A stretch of DNA of 64,000 nucleotides. It comes from Thermotogota bacterium (lineage in GTDB: Bacteria > Thermotogota > Thermotogae > Petrotogales > Kosmotogaceae). Shown piece after piece: positions 31,475 to 41,455 of the stretch; positions within the stretch are counted from its first letter, which is position 1; each line of letters opens with the position of its first letter. The DNA lies in contig JAYEJL010000165.1 in assembly GCA_034660555.1 (NCBI GenBank), positions 48,161 through 112,160 on the forward strand, written 5' to 3'. The position numbers and the translations under genes are program-made. The notes under the pieces are model-generated. The model did not search any database. It saw nothing but the letters and a program-made list of their open reading frames with translations, and was not told the DNA's origin.

Positions 31475-33922
31475 ATGAAGTTATTTTATATCTTGATCTT
31501 TTTTTTAGTTTGTGTTTCAACCTTTTTTTCTTATGGATTATTGAAGTTCCCGAACGCTGATGTTTATTACGAAACAGGATATAAAGCAATTGCTGAAAAG
31601 GCTGGAACGATATTTGAGGAAATAAGGCCTCTGGCAATAGATCTGGTTGGCAATGATCCTGGAAAAATTAATATTGTTATAAAGGATATTGGAACTGTAA
31701 CAAATGGCTATGCTGTCCCTCAATATCATAAAACTATTGCAATATACACGTGGCCACCAGATAGCTATATAGCAATCAGATTGAACTCAGTGAGCTGGTT
31801 CAGACAGGTTATAATGCACGAATTCACCCATATAGTTCATCTCTCTTACATATCGGGTGTTAATAGATTTCTTACTAATTTCTTCACCGGTTCAGAATTG
31901 CTGTCACCACAATTCTTTACTCCTTTCGGTGAATCTGTAACCTTATTGGCAGAATCCTCCATACATTTTGCTGAAGGCAGATTAAATAATCCGGTATGGA
32001 GCAGGGGCATGTATTTATCAAGTATAGAAGGTAATTATTTTCCTGATCTTGCTTATGCACTTGCAATAAATGATGAAGATTATAGAGGAGGATTTCTTTA
32101 CTACAATTATCCCGCTGGATTCTATGAGTACCTGATCAATATGTATGGTTTATCAAAAGCCAAAAAATTTCATTCCATAGTTGCAAAAATGCCACCGATC
32201 CTTGGTGTTATTATCGCCTCAAACAAAGCTTTTGGAAAAGACATTAATATTCTATACAACGAGTGGAAAGAAACCTTGTCTAATAAATCTCCGATCAAAC
32301 AGAGTAAATTCAAAGAAATTTATACAGTAAAAAATGGAAACATAACAGATATTTGGTCAGATGATAAACTGTACCTTTCTTATGCAATTATGGGTAACGC
32401 TTCATCCTGGGATAATAAACATAGAATCAGCATAGCTTCTCTAAATGAGAAGGGCAAAACTTCAATAGAAATCAATGGTGCCCTTCCATTAAGAGCTAAA
32501 AGCGATAATGGCGTATTACTTACCATGCAAAACAATATTGAGGGGAGTGAATATACACGAACGCTGTGGAAAAAAGATGCAAATGGATGGGAAGAACTTT
32601 TCAAAGGAAATATCACTGCATTTGAAATAAATAATAAAGATATTTATATAGCCTATTATGATCAAAAAAATGAAAGCAGTACACTTTTGAAGAACAATTC
32701 AGTATTCCTGGAAACAGAGTTTCACATTAAAGACATCGAAATATCTGACGATGGAGAAATCGCGCTTCTTGTTGATAATGAGCAAAGACAGGGAAGTATA
32801 GCATTGATAAAACTCGGTGGTTTAGAGCTTGTTTTAGATGATCCGGTTTTCAAAAGTTCCTCCATTGAATGGTTCAACGGAAAATTAATCTTTCCTGCTG
32901 CTTACAATGAAAAGTATATGGATGCCTATGCTTTTGATCCTTATACAAAAAGGCTTTTTCAGTTAAGCGAAGGATTGTTTCTAGAGAAGATTGTTTACTT
33001 TAAAAATAAAATATATGCAATAGGAAACTCTCTTAAAAGTAAAGGTATGGCTGTTTTTGAGCTGGAACCGCTTGAAAAAGATATTGCTATCCCGGAACTC
33101 AAAAATGCGGATCAAACAATTACTGTAGACTACGAAGAAGGTAATTTTGGACTTAATACAGCCAGATATTTCATAAATCCGGTAATTCATTTTCCTTTAG
33201 TAAGTTTTGGAAGCGATGGCTGCAAACTGGGGGTTGGCACCATACATACTGATCCCTACGAAAAACACAGATTGATACTTAGTGGAGAGTATGATAGCAA
33301 CAGCAAAAATTTTATATTTAATGCAGATTATAATTATAAAATGACAAAAAGATTATCAACCCAATTGAATGTTGAATTAACCCTCCCTTCATCAACGACA
33401 GGAACAGTTTCTCTGGAATACCTTGGACTTGATAAAATATTGAGACCTGGAATAACACTTAATGGTGCTCTTTCACTCCGTTACAATATTGGAAGTAACT
33501 TTGAAATTGCTTTAAAAAGTGTGCTAGCCGGAGATCAATGGAATGTCAATATCAACCCCTACGTTCATCTTACTGAAGATTCGGTAATCCCAGAATTATC
33601 TTGTTCAATCTCAATGGCACCGACATTAAACACTTTGATAAAGGGATCATTTAGTACTGATGAAAAACGCTGGACAATCTCTTTACTTCAAAATATTCTT
33701 GATATTCATTCTGGTAAAGTTCCCTGGCTTTTTGTATCAGAAATAGCTCTTGGTACAAGAATTAATGGAGTATCAAGCAACTTCGATAATGGTGTTCTAT
33801 ATGTAACCACCGGAATAAATGATACATGGGGTTTTGGCATAAGATTGTACCCAAAGGTTGGTATTTCTATAGATGATGTATTAACAACTTCTCTGTTCTT
33901 AGAACTAAATATGCAACCATAA
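31475..33922 (+). CDS. Large exported protein: HEXXH zinc-peptidase-like N-domain, beta-rich middle and amphipathic beta-strand C-terminus
   Basis: Signal peptide, VIMHEFTHIVH motif with downstream E, alternating beta-strand pattern in last ~250 aa; GAGGAG RBS. Confidence 0.7.
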   Translation: MKLFYILIFFLVCVSTFFSYGLLKFPNADVYYETGYKAIAEKAGTIFEEIRPLAIDLVGNDPGKINIVIKDIGTVTNGYAVPQYHKTIAIYTWPPDSYIAIRLNSVSWFRQVIMHEFTHIVHLSYISGVNRFLTNFFTGSELLSPQFFTPFGESVTLLAESSIHFAEGRLNNPVWSRGMYLSSIEGNYFPDLAYALAINDEDYRGGFLYYNYPAGFYEYLINMYGLSKAKKFHSIVAKMPPILGVIIASNKAFGKDINILYNEWKETLSNKSPIKQSKFKEIYTVKNGNITDIWSDDKLYLSYAIMGNASSWDNKHRISIASLNEKGKTSIEINGALPLRAKSDNGVLLTMQNNIEGSEYTRTLWKKDANGWEELFKGNITAFEINNKDIYIAYYDQKNESSTLLKNNSVFLETEFHIKDIEISDDGEIALLVDNEQRQGSIALIKLGGLELVLDDPVFKSSSIEWFNGKLIFPAAYNEKYMDAYAFDPYTKRLFQLSEGLFLEKIVYFKNKIYAIGNSLKSKGMAVFELEPLEKDIAIPELKNADQTITVDYEEGNFGLNTARYFINPVIHFPLVSFGSDGCKLGVGTIHTDPYEKHRLILSGEYDSNSKNFIFNADYNYKMTKRLSTQLNVELTLPSSTTGTVSLEYLGLDKILRPGITLNGALSLRYNIGSNFEIALKSVLAGDQWNVNINPYVHLTEDSVIPELSCSISMAPTLNTLIKGSFSTDEKRWTISLLQNILDIHSGKVPWLFVSEIALGTRINGVSSNFDNGVLYVTTGINDTWGFGIRLYPKVGISIDDVLTTSLFLELNMQP

Positions 33923-33942
33923 AAGATAGTAAAAATTCACCC

Positions 33943-33967
33943 GGGCACTTTCAAAGTGCCCTTTTTT
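33943..33967 (+). terminator. Rho-independent terminator
   Basis: GGGCACTTT/AAAGTGCCC stem plus T6. Confidence 0.85.
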
Positions 33968-34107
33968 ATCATAATAAACAAAAATACTATAAAACAAATA
34001 ATTCTTGTAAATGTAAAGTTTCAAGTCAAATTTTAAGCAGGACTTTATATCGGGTATTAATTTTTGTTATAGTATTAGTGAAAAACATAACAAAAGGAGG
34101 AAACAAA

Positions 34108-34560
34108 ATGTCTGATGCAAAATTTAGAATAAGAGCTACTTCAGAAAACGCAACAAAAACAAAAGTAAAGGCGAGAAACTTCGAAATGATATTGGACGAG
34201 CCAGACCAATTTGGTGGTACAAATGAGGGAGCCACACCGGTTGAATATGTTCTTGCATCTCTCGCAGGTTGTCTAAATGTGGTAGGCCATATGGTAGCAA
34301 AAGAATTGGATTTTGAGATAAGAGATCTTTCATTTGACATTTCTGGACCACTAAACGCAGACAAAGCTTTTGGTAAAGATACAAAGGATAGAGCAGGCTA
34401 CAAAAACATTGATGTTACTATCAAGATTGATGCCGATGCTGATGAAGATATATTAAACAAGTGGGTAGAAATGGTTGAAAGCAGATGCCCTGTTTCTGAT
34501 AACTTACACAACAAGACACCACTTAATATATCTCTAAAAACCATTGTTGAAGCAGAATAA
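34108..34560 (+). CDS. OsmC/Ohr family protein
   Basis: DEP..GG.N.G.TP.E..LASLAGC and RCPVSD Cys pair; ATG 34108 after AGGAGG. Confidence 0.88.
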   Translation: MSDAKFRIRATSENATKTKVKARNFEMILDEPDQFGGTNEGATPVEYVLASLAGCLNVVGHMVAKELDFEIRDLSFDISGPLNADKAFGKDTKDRAGYKNIDVTIKIDADADEDILNKWVEMVESRCPVSDNLHNKTPLNISLKTIVEAE

Positions 34561-34580
34561 GTAGAATATTTTTAATTGAC

Positions 34581-34605
34581 TGCCCCCTTTTTGGGGCATT
34601 TTTTT
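34581..34605 (+). terminator. Rho-independent terminator
   Basis: TGCCCC/GGGGCA stem plus T tract. Confidence 0.75.
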
Positions 34606-34758
34606 GTTAAATAAACCTGGTTGATATCAGCAAAAGTTAATAAATATATTGAGAAATACTCACTTCATCACTTTTCAGAGACTCTAGGTACAACTAAGTA
34701 AAAATAGAGCCATCAAATCACATTTTGTTATTAGGAGAGTTAGTTTTATAATGTATAC

Positions 34759-34783
34759 GTTAACGATAACTGTTAACGATAAC
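34759..34783. promoter_or_regulatory. Tandem LacI-type operators of the galactoside operon
   Basis: GTTAACGATAAC repeated exactly (34759-34770, 34772-34783), each a CG-centred near-palindrome, just downstream of TATAAT 34747-34752. Confidence 0.75.
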
Positions 34784-34796
34784 GTAGGGGGTAGCT

Positions 34797-35750
34797 ATGG
34801 GTAGAGTTACGTTAAAAGATGTTGCTGAAAAAGCTGGGACATCAATGATGACAGTATCAAGAGTAATAAATAGGAAACCCGGGGTTGGAAAAGAAACCCA
34901 GGAAAAAATCATAAAGATTATTGATGAACTTGGTTACAGGCCCCACGCTGATGCCCGTGCTTTACGTAGCGGAAAAACAGGTCGTATAGGTGTTGTGGTG
35001 TCCGATATAAGAAACCCTTTTTACGCTGAACTGGTAGGGGATCTGGAGGATCTTGCTGAGGTAGAAGGTTATTCAATAATTGTAACAGATACAGGGCGTA
35101 AACTGGAACAGGAAAAAAAGGCCGTAGCTGATCTTACAGAAAGCGGTGTTGATTCAATAATAATAGCCCCTGAAGGTTACAATGTTGACCATTTGGTAGA
35201 AACAAAAAAATTTGGTACTTCGGTAGTTATTTTCGGTGTTCACTGTCAAAAACCATCATTACCCGAAGTCTGGATTGATGAGATTGAGGGCTCTAAACAG
35301 GCAGGGAGCTACTTTCGAAAAAAGAAGATTAATGATGTAGTTCTCATAATGGGTAACCCCAGAAAATTCACAACAAGAGGGCGAGTAAAAGGTTTTGAAA
35401 AAGGCTTTGGAAAATCTGTAAACAGAAAAAATATTTTTTACCACCCTGTAGACTGGAAAACGGCTTACAACACCGTTAAAAATCTTAAAAAATTACCTGA
35501 AGCGATTTTTTGCTACAACGATCTCATGGCTATGGGTGTTATTAAGGCACTGAATGAAAGAGGAGCTGTAATAGGTAAAGATGTACTGGTAATAGGATAC
35601 GATGATGTTTTTTTCGCTGAATTAGCAGGATTAACAACGTTAAGAATCCCCAGAAAAGAAATGGTAAATAAAGCTTTCCAAATGGCACTAAATGGAGGTC
35701 AAGAAAAAGGAAGATACGTACCTGAATTTATTATGCGCAAAAGCGCTTAA
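34797..35750 (+). CDS. LacI family transcriptional regulator
   Basis: TLKDVAEKAGTSMMTVSRVIN HTH, YRP...ARAL hinge, sugar-binding domain. Confidence 0.93.
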   Translation: MGRVTLKDVAEKAGTSMMTVSRVINRKPGVGKETQEKIIKIIDELGYRPHADARALRSGKTGRIGVVVSDIRNPFYAELVGDLEDLAEVEGYSIIVTDTGRKLEQEKKAVADLTESGVDSIIIAPEGYNVDHLVETKKFGTSVVIFGVHCQKPSLPEVWIDEIEGSKQAGSYFRKKKINDVVLIMGNPRKFTTRGRVKGFEKGFGKSVNRKNIFYHPVDWKTAYNTVKNLKKLPEAIFCYNDLMAMGVIKALNERGAVIGKDVLVIGYDDVFFAELAGLTTLRIPRKEMVNKAFQMALNGGQEKGRYVPEFIMRKSA

Positions 35751-35765
35751 CAGGAGGTGGATTTT

Positions 35766-36986
35766 GTGAAAAAGCTTTTACTGATTGTTTCATTGTTAAT
35801 GTTTGCTCTGGTATCACTTGGAGCCAGTGAGTTGGTTATCAATTCCTATATGTCCGACCCGGCACCGAGGAAGGTTTTTGCTGAACTGGTTGATCAGTTC
35901 AGAGAGGAGCATCCCGAATTAGAGGTTACTGTAAATACTTTTGCTCACGAAGACTTCAAAACTTTACTCAGAACATGGTTGAATTCACCGGAGGCACCTG
36001 ATGTTGCAACATGGTTCGCTGGTGAAAGAATGAGATATTTTGCAAGTAAAGGACTCCTTGAACCAATCGGCGATATCTTCGAAGGTGGATTTAGAGCATA
36101 CTTTCCTGAAGCATTTAGAAGTGCTTCTGCATATGAAGATGAAATATACTTCGTTCCTCAATCATGGTACTGGTGGGGCGTGTACTATCGTAAATCTGTT
36201 TTTGAAGAACTCAACATCCAGTCACCAATAACCTGGTCTCAATTTATTAAGGTTTGTGAAAAACTCAAAGAAAACGGATACATACCCATAACAATCGGTA
36301 CAAAATATCTCTGGACAGCAGCAGGCTGGTTTGACTCTCTAAATATGAGAGTCAATGGAATCGAATATCACATGGATTTAACCAATGGTGATATTCCTTA
36401 TACCGACGAAGGAATGGAAAAAGTATTTGATTACTGGAAAGAATTAATTGAAAACGACTATTTCATTGATAACCATACGTCATACACATGGCAGGATGCT
36501 GCAAATTATTTGTTTACTGGCGAAGCTGGTATGTATCTCATGGGTCAGTTCATAAAGGATGTTGCCCCTGAGAACATAAAGGATGATCTTGACTTCTTCA
36601 GATTCCCGATAATCGATGGAGAAGTTGGGCTGTATGAAGATACTCCGATTGATGGATTTATGATTCCAGCAAAGGCAAAAAATAAAGAAGCCGCGAAGAC
36701 TTTCTTGAAGTTTATAGCTTCTAAAGAAGCCCAGCAATATTTTGCTGAAGAACTTGGAAGATTGGCAGCTAACAAGAATGTCCCTGCACCAGATGCTCAT
36801 GCTCAAAAAGGACTTGAGATGATTCTCGAATCAGATGGTGTAATGCAATTCTATGACAGAGACACAAATCCTGAAATGGCAGAAAAAGGTATGAACGGAT
36901 TTGTAGAGTTTATGGTATATCCAAGAAGACTTGAAACTATACTTAAAAATCTTGAAATGCATCGAATGCGCATATACTCTGAATAA
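35766..36986 (+). CDS. Sugar ABC transporter substrate-binding protein
   Basis: Signal peptide, PDVATWFAG, YFVPQSWYWWGVYY; GTG 35766 after AGGAGG. Confidence 0.9.
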   Translation: MKKLLLIVSLLMFALVSLGASELVINSYMSDPAPRKVFAELVDQFREEHPELEVTVNTFAHEDFKTLLRTWLNSPEAPDVATWFAGERMRYFASKGLLEPIGDIFEGGFRAYFPEAFRSASAYEDEIYFVPQSWYWWGVYYRKSVFEELNIQSPITWSQFIKVCEKLKENGYIPITIGTKYLWTAAGWFDSLNMRVNGIEYHMDLTNGDIPYTDEGMEKVFDYWKELIENDYFIDNHTSYTWQDAANYLFTGEAGMYLMGQFIKDVAPENIKDDLDFFRFPIIDGEVGLYEDTPIDGFMIPAKAKNKEAAKTFLKFIASKEAQQYFAEELGRLAANKNVPAPDAHAQKGLEMILESDGVMQFYDRDTNPEMAEKGMNGFVEFMVYPRRLETILKNLEMHRMRIYSE

Positions 36987-37000
36987 GCATTGTTTTAATC

Positions 37001-37025
37001 AATGGGGGTTTGTAAAGCCCCCATT
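37001..37025 (+). other. Intra-operon stem-loop after the binding-protein gene (mRNA stabiliser or partial terminator)
   Basis: AATGGGG/CCCCATT stem between SBP and permease. Confidence 0.6.
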
Positions 37026-37056
37026 GTTTATTAGTTGAAATGTTGGAGGAAATTTG

Positions 37057-37926
37057 ATGATAGCAAAAAAATGGGTCCCATATGCTTTTCTAGCTGTACC
37101 TTTAACGATGTACTCAATCTGGGTGCTTTATCCAATAATCAGTACTTTTGTATTGAGCTTTACCAGCTGGGATGGTGTATCACCCACTATCAAATTTATT
37201 GGATTAGAAAACTTTGTAGAATTGTTTAATGATCCGTACTTTGGTGTGTCTGTTATAAACAACATAAAGTGGTTGGTTGGATTTACAGGTGTATGTGTTC
37301 CACTAGGTTTGTTAATTGCAATGCTACTTGATCAGAAATTCAAAGGTACAAAAATATACAAGACCCTCATTTATTTACCAATGACTCTTTCTTTTGTCAT
37401 TATCGGACAGATCTGGTTCTGGATCCTTGAACCAAGGCACGGAGCAATAAATACCATTTTAAACATGCTTGGTCTTGAGTCCGTTGGTTGGTTGAGTGAT
37501 CCAAATGTTGTAACATATTCTTTGATTTTGGCAGCATCGTGGCGTCAAATATCCTATGCCATGGTTATTTATCTTGCTGGTTTGAAGCAGGTTCCAAACC
37601 AACTAATTGAAGCTGCGTGGGTAGATGGAGCAAATGCATGGAAAAGGTTTATCCATATAATCATTCCAATGCTAAAACCTGCTACTGTAGTTGCAATTAC
37701 AGTAAGTATAATAGACTCCCTAAGAGCATTTGATATAGTTTACGTTCTTACCAGAGGCGGTCCTTTTTATTCCTCTAGCGTAATGGCAAATTATATGTAC
37801 ATACAGAGCTTTCATAACTACAGAATGGGTTATGGATCTGCAATTGCAGTAATACAGTTCCTTATCACACTTGGTTTTATTCTGTTCTACATGAGGTATG
37901 TGCTTAAATCGGAGGAAGAACGATGA
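37057..37926 (+). CDS. Sugar ABC transporter permease (MalF/UgpA-like)
   Basis: FIGLENF, EAAWVDGA motif, LTRGGP. Confidence 0.92.
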   Translation: MIAKKWVPYAFLAVPLTMYSIWVLYPIISTFVLSFTSWDGVSPTIKFIGLENFVELFNDPYFGVSVINNIKWLVGFTGVCVPLGLLIAMLLDQKFKGTKIYKTLIYLPMTLSFVIIGQIWFWILEPRHGAINTILNMLGLESVGWLSDPNVVTYSLILAASWRQISYAMVIYLAGLKQVPNQLIEAAWVDGANAWKRFIHIIIPMLKPATVVAITVSIIDSLRAFDIVYVLTRGGPFYSSSVMANYMYIQSFHNYRMGYGSAIAVIQFLITLGFILFYMRYVLKSEEER

Positions 37927-38744
37927 AAAAACTGCTTATTTTCTATATTCTGGGCACACTGATCGTGTTGCTGTGGGTTTCACCTTTTATGATATCCTTT
38001 TTCACCTCAGTAAAAACAATGGATGAACTCATGGTAGAACATCAATGGTGGTTACCACCGGATATATGGCACTTCGAGAATTATGTCACAGCTTGGACCG
38101 ATGCAAACATGGGAAGGTACTTTTTGAATACCTTTATAATAACAATACCTTCAGTATTGGGTACCCTTTTTCTATCAAGTCTCGGTGCCTATGCTCTTGC
38201 CTGGTACAAATTCAAACTATCAAGAATATTGCTGATGGTATTTGTTGGAGGGATGCTGATACCATTTCAGATGCTCCTTATACCTGTTTACAGGTTATCA
38301 CTAAGTATGAACATATACGATTCTTACCAGGGCGTAATATTGTTCCATATCGCTTTCCAGCTGGGTTTTTGCACATTCTTTTTAAGGAACTTTATGAAAA
38401 CAATACCTTCAAGCATTTTTGATGCAGCCATGATTGATGGAGCATCACATTTTCTAATATATAGAAAACTGGTTTTGCCACTTGTAACACCTGCAATGGC
38501 TGCTCTTGGCATACTTGAGTTCACGTGGATCTGGAATGATTATTTATGGTCGCTGGTACTCATACAGAGTGATAAATACAAACCTGTTACTCTGGGACTG
38601 GTAAATTTACAGGGTCAATGGGTTACAAGCTGGAATGTAATGGCTGCTGGTGCAATAATTGCAGCTGTAGTACCTCTGATTGTATTTTTAATGTTCCAGA
38701 GATACTTCATAGAAGGCCTTACAGTCGGGAGTGTTAAAGGGTGA
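37923..38744 (+). CDS. Sugar ABC transporter permease (MalG/UgpE-like)
   Basis: DAAMIDGAS, WNDYLW, QRYFIEGLTVGSVKG. Confidence 0.92.
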   Translation: MKKLLIFYILGTLIVLLWVSPFMISFFTSVKTMDELMVEHQWWLPPDIWHFENYVTAWTDANMGRYFLNTFIITIPSVLGTLFLSSLGAYALAWYKFKLSRILLMVFVGGMLIPFQMLLIPVYRLSLSMNIYDSYQGVILFHIAFQLGFCTFFLRNFMKTIPSSIFDAAMIDGASHFLIYRKLVLPLVTPAMAALGILEFTWIWNDYLWSLVLIQSDKYKPVTLGLVNLQGQWVTSWNVMAAGAIIAAVVPLIVFLMFQRYFIEGLTVGSVKG

Positions 38745-40615
38745 AGACCAAACTTTACGGTGTTTGTTATTATCCCGAACACTGGGAAAAGGACAGATTG
38801 TCAGAAGATATTCGAATTATGAAAAACATAGGAATAAATGTTGCCAGAATAGGAGAGTTTGCCTGGTCAATAGTTGAAAAAGAACCAGGAACATATGATT
38901 TTTCATTATTTGATCGAGTTATCACCGGGCTACGTAAGAACGACATATTAGTTATCATTGGCACTCCAACTGCGACTCCCCCTGTTTGGCTCGTAAAAAG
39001 GCATCCCGATCTACTTCAAAAAGACGAAATGGGAAATACACGGCACATTGGAAGTAGAAGACATTATTGCTTTAACTCCGATAGATATTTAGAATACGCA
39101 GAAAAAATAACAGAAGCTTATGCTAAACATTTCTCACAATTTGAGAATGTGATTGGCTGGCAGATAGACAATGAATATGGCTGCCATGAAACAACTGTTT
39201 GCTACTGTGAAAATTGTGAAAGGGCATTTAGAAAATGGCTTAAGAAGAAATATGCTAATATTACTGAATTAAACAGGTCATGGGGAACGGTATTTTGGAG
39301 TCATTCATATAGTAATTGGGAGGAGATTGATCCACCATTGAAGACGGTATCAGATGTGAATCCTGCTTTGTGGCTTGATTATCAACGTTTCTCATCTGAT
39401 TCAGCCATAAATTTCCACAAAAAAATGTCCAAAATAGTTAAGGATTATTCAGATCTACCTATCACACACAATCTGATGGTCAATTTCACTGAGATAGATT
39501 ACAAAAAACTTTCCAGTGAAATAGATTTTGTGAGCTGGGATAACTACATACCCGGAGAATATGATCATGATTTACAGGCTATGAATCATGATTTGATGCG
39601 TTCATTAAAGGATCGTAAATTCGTTGTTATGGAACAACAACCAGGCAGGGTTAATTGGAGAAAAATTAACGAATTTCACAAACCAGAACAGCTGGAGTTC
39701 TGGATAAATCAGTCATTTGCACATGGAGCAAATGGTACGATAATTTTTAGATATCGACAGCTTCCTTATGGATCAGAGCAGTTTCACTCGGGACTTGTCG
39801 ATTATTCAGGTGAAGTGACTTCAAGAGGTGAGTCATTTAAAGAAATAATCGAAAGAAACAATAAAATTGAATTTAACTATCCTGAAAAGGAAATCGCCAT
39901 TTATATAGATTATGAAAATTTTTGGATAGATAGAACACAGGGAATAAATAACTATTTCGATTTATTGAACAATGGCATATTTCCTATATACAAAGCTATA
40001 AGAAGCTTCGGTTACAATGTGGATTTTGTGTTTACCAATACAGATCTATCACCTTACAAATTAGTAGTAGTACCATCAGCTTATTATTTGAACGATTCAT
40101 TTTTAGAAAAACTATTAACTTTCAAGGGAAAAATTTTGATTACCGCAATGACCTCTTTAAAGGATGAAAACAACAATATAAAAACCGAAAAATCAAAACT
40201 TTTTTACGAATTAACCGGAGTAAAAATCAAAGATTTTGGTGGAATCAATACAGTCGAAAAGCTTGTTTACAATAATCAAAGCTTTGAAGCTTCATATGTT
40301 TGTGAACTGGTCAATGCAACAGATGCTGAAATAACTGGAAGTTTCTCATCTGGCGTTTTTGAGTCAAGTCCAGCAGTTACTAAAAAAAATAATACAATGT
40401 ACGTTGCTACTGTACCTAACCTAAAGTTTTCACAAACCCTTCTAAAAATGTTAGGTTTCAGATCAAGAAAGTCTTCTGGTGTGGAAATAGTTATACAAAA
40501 GGATGGTTCATTTCTCATATTAAATCCATCGAAGAAAAAAATTAGCACAAAAGTTTTTCAAAATGAGCTGGAAATTGAACCATATCAATGTAAACAAAAA
40601 ATCTCAACGGATTAA
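38741..40615 (+). CDS. GH42 beta-galactosidase
   Basis: GVCYYPEHW, GEFAW, WQIDNEY acid/base, Cys cluster, MEQQPG nucleophile, GSEQFH. Confidence 0.93.
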   Translation: MKTKLYGVCYYPEHWEKDRLSEDIRIMKNIGINVARIGEFAWSIVEKEPGTYDFSLFDRVITGLRKNDILVIIGTPTATPPVWLVKRHPDLLQKDEMGNTRHIGSRRHYCFNSDRYLEYAEKITEAYAKHFSQFENVIGWQIDNEYGCHETTVCYCENCERAFRKWLKKKYANITELNRSWGTVFWSHSYSNWEEIDPPLKTVSDVNPALWLDYQRFSSDSAINFHKKMSKIVKDYSDLPITHNLMVNFTEIDYKKLSSEIDFVSWDNYIPGEYDHDLQAMNHDLMRSLKDRKFVVMEQQPGRVNWRKINEFHKPEQLEFWINQSFAHGANGTIIFRYRQLPYGSEQFHSGLVDYSGEVTSRGESFKEIIERNNKIEFNYPEKEIAIYIDYENFWIDRTQGINNYFDLLNNGIFPIYKAIRSFGYNVDFVFTNTDLSPYKLVVVPSAYYLNDSFLEKLLTFKGKILITAMTSLKDENNNIKTEKSKLFYELTGVKIKDFGGINTVEKLVYNNQSFEASYVCELVNATDAEITGSFSSGVFESSPAVTKKNNTMYVATVPNLKFSQTLLKMLGFRSRKSSGVEIVIQKDGSFLILNPSKKKISTKVFQNELEIEPYQCKQKISTD

Positions 40616-40703
40616 CTGCCATAACAAAATATATCACGTAATCCCCTAACTAAAACACTTATATAGGATATAATCGAATGACCAAATATTTAACAATATT
40701 TTC

Positions 40704-40732
40704 TTGCCATATACAATTTGATATGATATAAT
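40704..40732 (+). promoter_or_regulatory. Sigma70 promoter about 200 nt upstream of the GNAT gene
   Basis: TTGCCA-17 nt-TATAAT with extended TG. Confidence 0.65.
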
Positions 40733-40938
40733 TGTTTTTGTCAATGGAAGGAATCTCAGTTATTACAGAGAATGATACTGATTTGAACTATCAAAATAAG
40801 TGATTGATTATGCTTTCCAAATTACGACTGAATTCCTATTAATACATTTAACAACATTCAGACAAATGCTAGATTACTGAGTTTTTCAACCCAGAACGTT
40901 TTTATGTACCACGTTTTTGATTATAGGAGGTGTTTCAT

Positions 40939-41406
40939 ATGTTAACAGTAGCAACAAAAACCGCAGTTGATATGTTTCTAGTAGAAGACAGCGATGATTT
41001 TGATGATGCAATAAATAAAAACACTCTTGTAGAGTTTTTTTACGAACATCTTGGTAAATTTGGGGATCCTAAGAAAGACATTGAGAAATCAATAGATTAC
41101 GCCCTTTCTGAAGAAGAAGGAAAAGGTGGGTTCATATTAGTTGCATGTGAAGAAGATGAAATTGTAGGAGGAGTTATAATAAATGATACAGGTATGGGAG
41201 GCTACATACCCGAACATATACTTGTGTACGTAGCTGTAGATAAGAAAATGCGCGGCAAAGGAATCGGCGGAGAACTTATTTCGAACGCTATTGAAAATTG
41301 CTATGGTGATGTGTCACTTCATGTAGAATATGATAACCCAGCAAAGAGACTTTATGAAAGAATCGGTTTTGAATCAAAATACGCTGAGATGAGATTTTCT
41401 AACTAA
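40939..41406 (+). CDS. GNAT family N-acetyltransferase
   Basis: VAVDKKMRGKGIG acetyl-CoA motif, NPAKRLYERIGF; ATG 40939 after AGGAGG. Confidence 0.88.
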   Translation: MLTVATKTAVDMFLVEDSDDFDDAINKNTLVEFFYEHLGKFGDPKKDIEKSIDYALSEEEGKGGFILVACEEDEIVGGVIINDTGMGGYIPEHILVYVAVDKKMRGKGIGGELISNAIENCYGDVSLHVEYDNPAKRLYERIGFESKYAEMRFSN

Positions 41407-41420
41407 CTTTTAACTGATAT

Positions 41421-41448
41421 AAAAAACGCCCTGGAAGGGGCGTTTTTT
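41421..41448. terminator. Bidirectional terminator
   Basis: AAAAAACGCCC/GGGCGTTTTTT between convergent genes. Confidence 0.85.
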
Positions 41449-41455
41449 AGTTTTT

